Of a stretch of DNA of 64,000 nucleotides, positions 51,850 through 64,000 are shown piece after piece. Position numbers and translations under genes: made by a program. The notes below the pieces were generated by a model. It had not been told where the DNA came from. It was given only the letters and a program-made list of their open reading frames with translations, and did not search any database. Within the stretch, counting starts at the first letter, position 1. Each line of letters starts with the position of its first letter. Origin of the DNA: Eledone cirrhosa (taxonomy: Eukaryota); assembly GCA_964016885.1 (NCBI GenBank), contig OZ024740.1, positions 260,772,001-260,836,000 on the forward strand. The letters are read 5' to 3'.

Positions 51850-53525
51850 AACCCACACGACTCGGACGAGTGTCTGGTGGTGATCCCCCGCCTCAGGCAG
51901 TCGCGGAGAGTCATCACCAGGATCCCCAGGTCTGCCCGCATTCCCGTGAGCCTCTCGACACTCTCTTGCTGCCCACCTGTGCCAACACAACGACCCCAGT
52001 CCACACACAACAGCACGAAACGTTTCTGGGACAGAGTCAACCTCAAACTAATTGAGGGTGACGTCTCGGCAGCTGTTTGTGTGCTGGCCTCAAGCGACGC
52101 TGTGTTCCCATCAACACCGGATGTTTTGTCAGCACTGCGTCTCAAATATCCGGACTCTCCTGCCGACATCAGGGACACTGCAGCCCCGGCCAGTAATCTC
52201 TCCCTGGAATCGTCCAGCGAGAACGGATAGCCGCTCTAAGATCTTTTCCGGGTAGCAGCAGTGGTGGAGTAGACAGCTTGCGCCCCGGTCACCTCCGATA
52301 CCTCAGTCGTCTCACGCGGCGGAAGCAGGGGCCCGACTGCTTCAGTCACTGACAGCCCTCAGAGTGGGAATCAAGTGGGAATCAAGTGGTGTTGTGAAAC
52401 CGCAGCTCATGCGGCCAAACACTTCATAGAGCCCGAACCTGCCTCGTCTCCCCACCTCCTCGTAAAGCTGAACATGTCTTCAACAGCGTTAGACGGGATT
52501 ACGTCCTAGAGACATGCCTCAGACGAGCCCCCTCCATCTACCTCCTCGTTCACCTTTCGTACGGAAGTTCCAGCTCACTCATGACCCCTGACAACAGGAT
52601 TACTTTCGCCACAGGTGTCCAGCAGGGTGATCCAATCGGTTCGCTCTTATTCGCGCTGGCAGTCTACGAGGTAGCCCGGTCGGTCCGATCACCCCTCAAC
52701 GTCTGGATACCTCGACGTAGCGAAAATGGGCGGCCCGGCTGAGACGGTAGTTGAAGACCTTCGACATAATCATCCCAGCTCTGAAGTTCCTCGCACTTGA
52801 GGTAAGCCCAACCAAGTCCGAGGTGACCAACATCAGATACGGAGAGGCCGAATACTGCAACGCCGTACTCTGCTCCCACCCCTTCCTGGCCGGTGCTCGG
52901 CCGACCTCCAAGGACGCCGCATGCATTCTCGGCTCCCCCATTCTCCTGAAAGCCATTAGAGAATGCCTGTAGACAAAGCACGCGGATTTGTCCTGATTAG
53001 CAGGGAGACTGCACCTCATCAACGCTCACACCGCGCTCTTCTTTTTAAGGAACTGCTTAGCTCTCCCCAAACTCACATTCACGGTGCGTGGTGCACCTTG
53101 CCACCCCCACGCAGATCTTCTCGGGGAATTTGACGCCACCATTCCACGCTGTGTGGAACTCATCTGCAATGTCAGTTTCGACAGCGCAGGCTGGCAACAG
53201 GCGATACTCCCAGCGAGGTTCGGTGGCCTCGGCCTCCGATGAGCTTCGGACCTAGCTTTACCTGCCTACCACTCCTTATCTCCTCCAGTCGCGCTCTCGT
53301 CAGCGAGGTTCTCAGCCGGACAGCCGAAGCTGACCTGGTCCCCGAGATGGAACAGGCTCTGGCCCACTGGACAGGCGAAATCCCACAGTATACCACGGTC
53401 CAACGTAACTGGGACGACATCAATAGCAGGTCGTCTGTCAGGCGGATCGAGTCCGGCTTGGACAAACTCCGTCTGATCTGCCTCCGCTCTGCTTCTCAGC
53501 CCAACAGCGGCGCCCTCCTCATCAA
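51850..53525 (+). mobile_element. Decayed CRE-clade non-LTR retrotransposon
   Basis: RIPRSAR, EGDVSAAV, LRSFPGSSSGGVDSLRPGHL, GCETAAHA, FNSVRRD, TGVQQGDPIGSLLFALAV, LNVW.YLD, WQQAILPARFGGLGLR across broken frames. Confidence 0.75.
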
Positions 53526-53809
53526 CCTATAGGACTGAGGCCCCGGCAAAAACCTTTATGAGACAGGGCCATGTAGATTGCCAGCTAAACCTACTTTGGT
53601 GTGAGCTGTAATAACAAACCTCATATGAGATACAGCCCTGAGATACAAGAGCTGTAAAAAGGGTGGATGAACTCCTCAGAGTCAACGATCATCCACCCCA
53701 ACTATGAGTTGAATAGCCTCACCAACCTGCACCAACTGGTGTTTCTATCATTAAAATATACAAGAAACCACATGAGGTAACCGTGTATGAGGCCAGCTAA
53801 ATCTACGTA

Positions 53810-54142
53810 CCCTCAGGTCTTGAATAATGCACCCCGCTTTTTAATTTTTCAGATATTTTCCACCCACCCCGCTTATTAAATTTTGCTAATCTATCTCGAA
53901 ATTACACTGTAAGATTCATATTGATACAGCAGCTGGAGAATCTAATAATTTTATTTTACATTAAAAAACATTATATATGAAAAAAAAGAACATTACAAGA
54001 AATCCAATATTTACGAACGTACACTATATAACTACCGACCACCCCCGTTTATTCCAACCCCAACCCACTTACAAGAATTTAAGCAAATGTTCATCCCCCT
54101 CCCGCCGCTTATTTCAAAACCCTATTATTTGGGTCCCTAGAG
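53810..54142. mobile_element. Possible Tc1/mariner-type MITE
   Basis: Degenerate TIRs CCCTCAGGTCTTGAATAAT and CTCTAGGGACCCAAAATAAT between TA dinucleotides; internal CCCCGCTTATT subrepeats. Confidence 0.4.
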
Positions 54143-54299
54143 TATGTGAGAGCTGTACATTTCTTTTCAACTATGAATAATAATCATAGATAAAATAATA
54201 ATTGTTTCTACTTTAGGCACAAGGCCAGCAATTACCCAGTGCATTACTGGTACTTTATTTTATCGACCCCGTAAGGATGAAAGGCAAAGTCAACAATGC

Positions 54300-57205
54300 T
54301 TTCTTTATTAACCAAAAGGGTTGACATAAAGTATGACATTAAGGACAGTACAGGACGGTACAGGACGGTACAAATGGGTATTTCTGCCTGTAAAGAAAAA
54401 CAATAACAAAGAAAGTAACAAACAAAAATGAAACAAAGGAAAATTCCCCATTAGGGGGGGGGGAGACTTACGAGGGTCACTCGTGGAGAAAGCCCACAAA
54501 AAGCGACGGTCACACTGACCCTAGGGCAAGCACCCTCTCATAGTTTTCCTCCTGCGATACTACAGGCACACGCTCTCACCCTCCTTTCAACAAACTGGCT
54601 GGAAGGTAACACTTCCTTCTCCACCCTGATTTTCATTTTCAGGTGAAACCTGAAAAAATTAATGATGGCGTCACCGAAGAGCAAAGTACTCGTCTTCAAC
54701 CCTTTCAGACGCGTCCACCATACAACCTCTTTTACCATGGCCACCAGGCAGATAAAAACTGCCTGTCCTTCCTGGTTAAAGGAGGGTGGCAGGGCAATCT
54801 TCACGATGGACTCAGCTGATAGCCGGATCCGTCCTACACGCGACAACATATGTTCGACATAAACCCACAAGTCAGCGATGCTCGGACACTGGACGAATGT
54901 GTGCAGAACGGTCTCTCGACAGGGCCGGCTGGCGGCACTTCCATGCCTGTTTATCTCGAACTGGCAACGCGCCCCGGTAGCACTGCCAGGCCAGGGAGGT
55001 TATCCATTGGCCCTGGACTGAAAGTTCTCCCGAGGAGAATAACTAGTTGGCTTTCGTCGACACCCAGAATTTCCCCCAAGGACATCGTCGTTTTTGCCCC
55101 CCACTAACCCTCTTTAAAACGCCAAGGAAGAATTTCCACCGATCGCATCGCCCGACTGGTCAAGGGCTGTGAGCGCCTGAAGACATTCCAGTCTCCAAGC
55201 GCTTCTTCTCGGTCTTCGCTTGACCCAGGACTGCAGATCCGTCAAGGAGATGAGCTGGAGAAAACGTGTCTAGCAAACGGCGACTACACCTGATCACCGT
55301 CAAGGAATAGGTGGAGATACCGTAGCACGAGCGAATAAATGCGCATCATCAGCCGCGCTCTCCAGGTATCCAGTGTTGACAGCAGATGGACCCCCTGACC
55401 ATTGGAGCACGCCCCTTCCACAAAAAGTGAAGTGCAAACATTCCAGTGCAGTGAGGTGAGGCTTAGGACAAGGCACGACGGTCAGGCGGTAGTAGATGCC
55501 ACCGTTCGATCTTTCACTCGGCCCATTTCTGGGTGAGAAAGGCCACCTTGCTCGTCACCTCATCCCAGTTTTTGTCCGTCTGAAGATCCGTCCAACAGCG
55601 CCCGACGACGCTGTTGGACGGCATGAACCTTCCTCACCAGGTGCCGAGCCACAGGTCCACCAACGTTTCCTGGTTGATGATTGCTCCTGTCACCGCCTCG
55701 TATTCTCTTAGTGTAGTGCCGAATGTCTCGATATGTTTGGCGCTCGACACCACTACGGTGACGTCGTCTGCATATGCTGACACGGTTCTCCCGCATCCCG
55801 GTTCGCTCGGGATGCCCTTCAACGTCTCCAATTTGTGCAGTAATGGCTCGAGAATCAATACGTACAACAGGGACGAGAGTGGCCATCCTTGGCGGACCGA
55901 GCTCATGATGTTGAACGGTTCCGAAATGTGACCGTTCACTCTCACCACAGCAGATATCGCCGTGCATGTCAGCGATCCAGCCTCTGAAGACGGGCCCAAA
56001 GCTGGCCGTCCTTAGGACCGCCGCCAGATAACGATGGACCCTATCGAAAGCTTTCGACTGATCTAAATTGATCAAGGACCCACCCGTGCCAGGTTCCCTA
56101 GCTACACTCTCCACGTTGTCGTGGATGGATCTGTCTAGAATGGCGAATGTCTGCACCTCTCCCACCATACCACCGATGACAAGCGCCAACCTCTTTGCTA
56201 GCACCTTGGCCAAAATCTTGAACCCTGCGTTTATTATAGGCCTGAAATTATGTATGTTGTCCCCCTTGTTAGGATCCTTTCTTAGCAGCTTACAGTGATG
56301 GGAATTCTCCCATTCTGCTGACAGTTGCAGTAGACGTCCGTGAAGACGTCACCGAACAAGTTTGACATATGTACGTAAACCTCCTAGGGCAGACCATCCA
56401 AACCAGGCGATTTACCCATCGTGCAGTCAGTCATTGCCTCCCGTACTTCAGCGGCTGTTATCGGCTTTTCACAACACTCCGCCTCAGTGGCCGAGTGCCG
56501 CGGCAGTCCGTCGAGGTAGGCACTAAAGTCCATCTTGCGATTCGGCCCGCCGCTGCCCCGGAACAGCTGAGCGAAGTGCCGCTGAAAATACGCACACATT
56601 TGCTCGGGATCGAGTAACATGTGCCCGTCGTGGTCCTCCATAGACCTGATCGTGGCTTTGTTGCCACGTCGCGCCTCCACCTTTGTAGCCTCGTTTCTGA
56701 GAGCACGCGCCCTAGCTCTGACAACGAAGTCTTCTTGCTTTGCGTTGAAAAATTACTCGAGGGCCAATTTCGCCGCAAGCACGTCGGTCGCGATGCCTTT
56801 ACTAAGCTCCACGTCAAATTTTCTAACTAGTTCTCCCTCTTCTCTATTTTTCTCTATTTCTAAAGCCTTACTAAACCTAATGGACTCTATTCTAATCGCC
56901 CTTTTCAGGGCGAACCACCATTTGTTGTTGACGTCTTCCCCCGTCAACGCCCGCTTAACTAGTTCGCTAATCCGGTCTCTGTAAGCTTTGCGCGCTGTGA
57001 ACGACGCGTTTAGCTTCCAGTAGCCGGGTTTCTGTCTATGAAGCCTATCTAAGTCGACCACACAGGTCTCGAATGTGTGGTCTGTGTAGTCAACTATTTT
57101 GGATTGTGGACAAGCTATGCTAGAACTATCTATTTCCTTACAAAATACCATATCTAGATACGATCTGGATGACCCGATGCGGTTTGTCCATGTCCACATG
57201 GCCCG
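54300..57205 (-). mobile_element. Decayed L1/Tx1-clade LINE ORF2
   Basis: WTW..SRSYLD, GYWKLN, GKSPGLDGLP, AKVLAKRL, LDQSKAFDRV, VRQGWPLSSLLY, SAYADDVTV; AATAAA and A-rich tail near 54300. Confidence 0.88.
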
Positions 57206-57775
57206 GGGTACAAATATGGCTTCATGGATTTTCTCTTCGCAACCCCTGAAGAAGCCAGAGCACACTCAATCGTTCAACTCCGCAGGAAAGAGATCACCAT
57301 GATGCTGATGTACTCCGGCCAAAAAGTTGTTAGTGTGCGAGTGACCCAGGTTCCGCCCTTAATAGAGATATCTTCGCTAATAGCGGCCGTCTTCATTGAC
57401 GTCGAAGGACGGCGACCATTTTAGACGTCATAAAAAAAAAAAAAAGAAAACTGGTCAGGATCGGGATGGAGCTGCTAATCCAGTCATACTATGAAAATAT
57501 AAAGGCCTTCCCCGATGTAATCGATCTGGATGACAGCAGCCATCTACCCGTGAACGTCGAGGGTAGAAGGCCAAGGTGTCACGGGTGTGGAGACAAAACC
57601 CGCCTAAAGGCCTTCTGACCTCAGGTATTGGCAAAACACCAAAGCCACTTCCCATACTGGCTCCATCAACAACAGCAGCAGTAGTATGAGCGCTACCACC
57701 ATCCACCCCGCCAGAAACAACACCAACGGGTGTGGAGGGCATGCCCCTCCCGATCTCACACGCATAGAAACGGAT
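57206..57775 (+). mobile_element. ORF1-like (gag-knuckle) segment, inverted relative to the adjacent Tx1 ORF2
   Basis: FATPEEA..VSVRVTQVPP (RRM-like) and VEGRRPRCHGCGDKTRLKAF* at 57556-57618, a decayed CX2CX4HX4C knuckle. Confidence 0.65.
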
Positions 57776-58534
57776 TGTGTGTGTGTGTGTGTGTAGCGAA
57801 ATCTATCCACGCCTTGAACCCTGGGTGACACCTAAAAGTCAAATTCTAGGTCACCATCTTTTCGGCGTGGACAGGTGTATGCGTGGGCGATCCCTCAAGG
57901 CGACAGACAACCAAGCGACAGGTATAAAAAGCCTGTACTATCCCATGTCTTTTACACAAAGAGATCGGAGCCGTACTCTATAGACAAGCTATGTAAAGAT
58001 TCATCGCTATCTACAGGCCTCATGAACTCGTGGTAACTTGTTTATTGTTCTTTTTGACTGAAGTGAAGTAAACCTTTTTATATATAAAGTAAATCAGATA
58101 TTCTTGTTATTACCTCTAACAATCCTTTTATACCCTTCGTTACATATATATATATCAGAGTTTTGTAGATTGTTTGAAGCATTGTTTAATAGGAAACACA
58201 AATTTAAATTTTGAAGACCAACACAATGTTCCCATACAAACAAGTCTATCCGATCGATTTTTAAGTCTCTTATGTCAATGAAAATCAGAAAAAAAAATCG
58301 ATTATTTTAAACGTCACCAAATGAAGAATGTCAAAATGACCCGAACTGTCCTAAATGTAAACCTGGATATTTATTGATGTTTTTTTTAAAGGGTTTAATT
58401 GTACAAACTGAATAAATATAACTTAATACAGAGAATAGAGTGCAGTGACAGGTTGTGTGGAAAAAGATGATCATATTTGAATGACAGTAGTTTCACACAG
58501 TAAATACGATCTCGTCCAAAATATTAATATCTTA

Positions 58535-58850
58535 CAGATTAGGCTCACAACCTAAGGACATGAATTCTATTTCCGTTGACGTATTGTGTTCTGGAGCAAA
58601 ACACTTTATTTCACGATGTTTCAGTCTATCTAGCTGAAAAAAAAAAAATGATTTGTTCCTGTAATGTAAAGGACCAGCTTTATCACCCACTGTATCACGC
58701 TGAATCTCCCCGAGAATTACATTAAAGGAACTGCACGAATATGTAGAATGCTCAGTCATTTGCACATTAATTTCACGAGTAGGCTGTTCTGTTGATTGAA
58801 CAACTGAAATATTCGTCATCGGAATCGACAAAGATACAACAACAACAACA
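58535..58850 (+). mobile_element. Diverged tRNA-derived SINE with (ACA)n tail
   Basis: TTGTGTTCTGGAGCAAAACACTTTATTTCACG body as at 26521; related minus copy at about 48865-49070. Confidence 0.65.
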
Positions 58851-58934
58851 CTTAGGTAAACTGGATAATTAGCACTCAATACATAGAGTAGAGTACAGTG
58901 ACATGTCGTGAACAATATACGAGAATAAGTCAAC

Positions 58935-59220
58935 AAATGGTGTATTGTGTATTTGAGCGACAGTAGCTTCATACAGTGATACCACCTCTTTCAGATGGAA
59001 TATTGTGTATTTGAGCGACAATAACCCCACACACTGATACCGCCTCTTTCAAATGGTATTTTGCGTGTTTCAGGGACAGTGATCTCACACAGTGGTACTA
59101 TCTCTTTCAAATGGTATGTTGTGTATTTGAGCGACAGTAGCCTCACACACTGATACCATCTCTTTCAAATGGCATGTTGTATATTTGAGCGACAATAGTC
59201 TCACACAGTGAGACCACTCT
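58935..59220. repeat. About 58-bp tandem repeat, about 5 copies
   Basis: TTGTGTATTTGAGCGACA...GATACC..CTCTTTCAAATGG unit repeated. Confidence 0.85.
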
Positions 59221-60269
59221 ATTCAAAATATAATCTAACAGATTTGAGAATATATTATATTCCGAGGTCAACTTTGCCTTTCATCCTTTTGAGCTGGATA
59301 AAAATGTATCAGTCTAGAACTGGGGTCGATTCTCAAAGACTGTAAGGGTCATTGCGATTTATGATTATCCGAAGCGTATTTCATAAGTTTGTCTAAACTC
59401 CGCCCAATAGATGACCGTAATGAGATTGTTATTAACTGCCATCATCGTTTGGCATACTCATTCGTTAACAGGGTTTTTGATCCCACTTATATTCCATTAG
59501 TTTAATTGATTATCTCTTTTACTATATATCTTTTACCCATCACTCCATGCATCTTACCCTTACATTGTAACTAGTTATGAGTTTCCTCCTTATCTAATTC
59601 ACATCTTATTTTATATTTTAATTTACCCTTTCCCGTCTTATACTAATACTATTCTTTTCTTTACTCCCACTTTTTACATTTCTGTGTTAATGTATAACCT
59701 AGACTCTTTATCTTTTTTAATCCTATCCTTAGTTAATGGTTCACTCTTTTTTTCTTTTTGTCTTTTCCCCTTCTTACTACCTTTTCTTTTTACTGCTAAT
59801 ACAACCTTCTCTTATTTTTATTTAAAAGGCAGACCTCTCTTTTTATTTCCATTTATATGTCTCTTTTATTTTTGGCTTTAATCCCGTATATCCTAACCAT
59901 TCTCCACATTATTAGACTATATTAATAATCTTTCACCTTCCTCATTATTAACACTTCTTATTTTTCTTAACTTCAATCTCTTCCCATATTATCTTATTTT
60001 CCTTTTATTTACTACTGATATTTTTTTAATATCTCATTTCCTCTTTAAACCTATTTATTCCCCTTTTATTCTTTTCTAGTGTGAATTTTTACTGATTAAA
60101 TCTTCCTTGTCAAAGGCATGACAACTTCTTCTGAGCACTCGATGGAACGTGAGACCATACATAAGTGCATATGTCCCTGGCTTATATGGGAGATCAGTGG
60201 CTCCGCTTCAGAACGGACTTGGTCTATATGGACCCATCCAATACTTGCTAGCAGTTAAAGTGACATTAA

Positions 60270-60843
60270 AATGACAGTGATGGTATATCTTCGTTGATGA
60301 AAAGAAGTTGGGGGTCTTAAAAATCAACACAACAGAGTATCTCAAAATCTTAGAAGTTTTGTTGTCTTGGTTTAGGAAGCATTATGACCCAAGTCGAGTC
60401 ATGTTTGTACAGGACACAACACCAAGACACCCATTCTTCGAAAAGTGTGCAATAATCTTTGAAGAAGGAATTGCCCATGTGCGTCCCTAAAGATATCTGG
60501 CCCTCTAGCTCGCCAGATTTGAATCCGTGTGATTTTTGTCTATGGACCACAGTTAAAGCAATATCCAACGCAATTTCTCACAACTCTGTGTCTTCACTGA
60601 AGGCTTCGATCAAGTGAGCGTTCGGTAATATGAAAAAGGATTAAATAGTTAAGACATGCGCATCATTTCGTAAACAGATTGAATTGGTAAAGAAAGCAAA
60701 TGGCTGTCATATTAAATTGTAATAAGTACTAAACACTCCACAATAAATTGGCATAAACAAAATTTGCTGTGTTTGATTTTTCCGTGTCATACCAATTATA
60801 ATAAAGATATTCAAATGGTCCCAATTTACCTGTTATACCTTGT
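60270..60843 (+). mobile_element. Tc1/mariner-superfamily (maT/rosa-like DDxD) transposase 3' half with right TIR
   Basis: KINTTEYLKILE, MFVQDTTP, IWPSSSPDLNPCDFCLW, KTCASFRKQIELV.KANG; ends GTCCCAATTTACCTGTTATACCTTG-TA. Confidence 0.8.
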
Positions 60844-61471
60844 ATATATATAACTAAAGCCGTCAACTGCAATCGAATATTTCATGGTAGTATTTTCTTG
60901 CTAGCTGACATAAACATTTTCCCCTTTACCCTCACTTCATTGATCCATTGGAACAGAAAGTGTAGGATAGCTGAAAGGAGATAACTGGCCTGGTACTTTT
61001 TTTTATCGACCCTGAAACGATGAAAGGCAAAGCGGACCGTGGTAGAATTTGAAAAGAGAAATGGCATAAACACTCAACTCTAACGACTCTGCCAAATCGA
61101 CGGTCTGTTTAATGGGCTGACGACAGGGCCGGACTTTCACGGGCTGAGGCCCTAAACTATATGAAATTTGAGGCCTATTTCTAAAAACATTCGGGTAAAG
61201 AAATGTTAAATAATTATACATTATTATTAAGTCGGCCGCCATGCTTTGCAGCACAGAGTTATGGCTCTTTATCGTCTGAGTTCCAATGCCGCCGAGGTTA
61301 ACTTTGCCTTTCATCCTTATGGGGTCGATAAAATAAAGTACCAGTAGAGCACTGGGGTAATTGCTGGCCTTGTGTCAAAAGTTAAACAAGTATTATGAAG
61401 TCATTATAGAAGTAACAAGAGACAGACATATAGTAAGTATGTAGTAATAAGTAAGAAGTTGATACCCTCTT

Positions 61472-63537
61472 GGTAAGGAGTGGTAAGGAGTGGTAAGGAG
61501 TGGTAAGAGGTGGTAAGGGGTTGTAACGAGTGGTAAGAGGTGGTAAGGGGTTGTAACGAGGTGGTAAGACGAGGTGGTAACGAGAATGGTAAGAGGTGGT
61601 AAGACGAGTGGTAAGGAATGGTAAGAGGTGGTAACGAGTGCTAAGGAATGGTAAGAGGTGGTAAGACGAGTGGTAAGGAATGGTAAGGAATGGTAAGAGG
61701 TGGTAACGAGTGGTAAGGAATGGTAAGAGGTGGTAAGGAGTGGTAAGGAATGGTAAGAGGTGGTAAGGAGTGGTAAGCAATGGTAAGAGGTCGTAACGAG
61801 TGGTAAGGAATGGTAAGAGGTGGTAAGACGAGTGGTAAGGAATGGTAAGAGGTGGTAACGAGTGCTAAGGAATGGTAAGAGGTGGTAAGACGAGTGGTAA
61901 GGAATGGTAAGAGGTGGTAACGAGTGGTAAGGAATGGTAAGAGGTGGTAACGAGTGGTAAGGAATGGTAAGAGGTGGTAACGAGTGGTAAGGAATGGTAA
62001 GAGGTGGTAAGACGAGTGGTAAGGAATGGTAAGAGGTGGTAACGAGTGGTAAGGAATGGTAAGAGGTGGTAAGGAGTGGTAAGGAATGGTAAGAGGTGGT
62101 AAGGAGTGGTAAGCAATGGTAAAAGGTGGTAACGAGTGGTAAGGAATGGTAAGAGGTGGTAAGGAGTGGTAATTAATGGTAAGAGGTGGTAAGGAGTGGT
62201 AAGGAATGGTAAGAGGTGGTAAGGAGTGGTAAGCAATGGTAAGAAGAGGTAACGAGTGGTAAGCAATGGTAAGAGGTGGTAAGGAGTGGTAAGGAATAGT
62301 AAGAGGTGGTAAGGAGTGGTAAGCAATGGTAAGAAGAGGTAACGAGTGGTAAGCAATGGTAAGAGGTGGTAACGAGTGGTAAGGAATGGTAAGAGGTGGT
62401 AACGAGTGGTAAGGAATGGTAAGAGGTGGTAAGGAGTGGTAAGCAATGGTAAAAGGTGGTAACGAGTGGTAAGGAATGGTAAGAGGTGGTAACGAGTGGT
62501 AAGGAATGGTAAGAGGTGGTAACGAGTGGTAAGGAATGGTAAGAGGTGGTAACGAGTGGTAAGCAATGGTAAAAGGTGGTAACGAGTGGTAAGGAATGGT
62601 AAGAGGTGGTAACGAGTGGTAAGGAATGGTAAGAGGTGGTAACGAGTGGTAAGGAATGGTAAGAGGTGGTAAGGAGTGGTAAGCAATGGTAAGAAGAGGT
62701 AACGAGTGGTAAGCAATGGTAAGAGGTGGTAAGGAGTGGTAAGGAATAGTAAGAGGTGGTAAGGAGTGGTAAGCAATGGTAAGAAGAGGTAACGAGTGGT
62801 AAGCAATGGTAAGAGGTGGTAACGAGTGGTAAGGAATGGTAAGAGGTGGTAACGAGTGGTAAGGAATGGTAAGAGGTGGTAAGGAGTGGTAAGCAATGGT
62901 AAGAAGAGGTAACGAGTGGTAAGCAATGGTAAGAGGTGGTAACGAGTGGTAAGGAATGGTAAGAGGTGGTAACGAGTGGTAAGGAATGGTAAGAGGTGGT
63001 AAGGAGTGGTAAGCAATGGTAAGAAGAGGTAACGAGTGGTAAGCAATGGTAAGAGGTGGTAACGAGCGGTAAGGAATGGTAAAGAGGTGGTAACGAGCGG
63101 TAAGGAATGGTAAAGAGGTGGTAACGAGTGGTAAGGAATGGTAAAGAGGTGGTAACGAGTGGTAAGGAATGGTAAGGAATGGTAAGAGGTGGTAACGAGT
63201 GGTAAGGAATGGTAAGAGGTGGTAAAAGGTGGTAAGGAGTGGTAACGAGTGGTAAGGAATGGTAAGAGGTGGTAACGAGTGGTAAGAGGTGGTAACGAGT
63301 GGTAAGAGGTGGTAACGAGTGGTAAGGAATGGTAAATGATGGTAACGAGTGGTAAGGAATGGTAAATGGTGGTAAGGAATGGTAAGAGGTGGTAAGGGGG
63401 GAGTAACGAGTGGTAAGGAATGGTAAGAGGTGGTAAGGAGTGGTAAGGAACGGTACGAGGTGGTAACGGATGGTAAGGGGTGGTAACGAGTGGTAAGGAA
63501 TGGTAAGAGGTGGTAAGAGGTGGTAAGGAATGGTAGG
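61472..63537. repeat. Minisatellite of 10-bp GGTAAnnnnT monomers with 30-bp higher-order repeat
   Basis: GGTAAGGAAT-GGTAAGAGGT-GGTAACGAGT repeated with variant blocks. Confidence 0.97.
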
Positions 63538-63799
63538 GAGGAGCCTTAGAATCAATTAAGCTGGCAGCACTTCTGAAACATTTTCAATGGAAGAAGTAAA
63601 AAAATAAAGTGTCATCATCGTCGTCTTCATAGTAGTCCTCGTCCTCCTCTTCTCCCTCTCTCCCACCTTCTTCTTCTTCTTCTTCTTCTTCTTCTTGTCA
63701 TCATCATCGTCATCCTCCTCCTTTTCTTCGTCATCCTTCTCCTCCTCTTCTTCCTACCCCTCCTCTCCCGTCCCCCACATCGGCATGTTCGCCCCACCC

Positions 63800-64000
63800 C
63801 ATCATCATCATCGTTCCCATTTAACGTCTATTGGACGGGGTTTTAGGTTCTATTGGTAGACCGGTCAGGTGACTGTCCCGCGTCTACGTTCTGTTGGTAC
63901 TTGGTTTCGACGGTTGGATGCCTTTCCCTAACGCCAACCACATTACAGCATATACTAGCAGAATGTTATCGTGGCACCAGCACTACCACTTTACAGAGTG
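63800..64000 (-). mobile_element. RTE 3' UTR or SINE-like fragment
   Basis: (CAT)n start, GGATGCCTTTCCCTAACGCCAACCAC motif. Confidence 0.75.

Noticed and set aside
61382-63555. 393-aa and 460-aa repetitive ORFs
   Set aside because: Products of the 30-bp minisatellite

Overview
Eukaryotic, AT-rich and almost entirely repetitive animal DNA. The (TA)n/(TACA)n microsatellite fields, RTE LINEs with (GAT)n tails and the SINE families suggest a coleoid cephalopod such as octopus (inference, not a database result). It holds one RTE LINE with an intact EN-RT frame split by a nested copy, many decayed RTE copies, and remnants of Tx1/L1, CRE, R4/Dong and Vingi-like LINEs. It also holds a decayed Helitron RepHel, non-autonomous Helitrons, mariner and maT-like DNA transposons, tRNA-derived SINEs and a 2-kb minisatellite. 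Host-derived sequence is limited to a probable first coding exon of a TRAF-like RING protein (39619-39444, minus strand, absent from the ORF track) and an intronless PABPC C-terminal (MLLE) fragment. The most striking structure is a set of short fold-back elements carrying Penelope-type minimal type I hammerhead motifs, including a triple-hammerhead palindrome just upstream of the TRAF-like exon. The RTE ORFs also carry a PHD-type C4HC3 finger inside the reverse transcriptase. Most long ORFs in the track are microsatellite artefacts.
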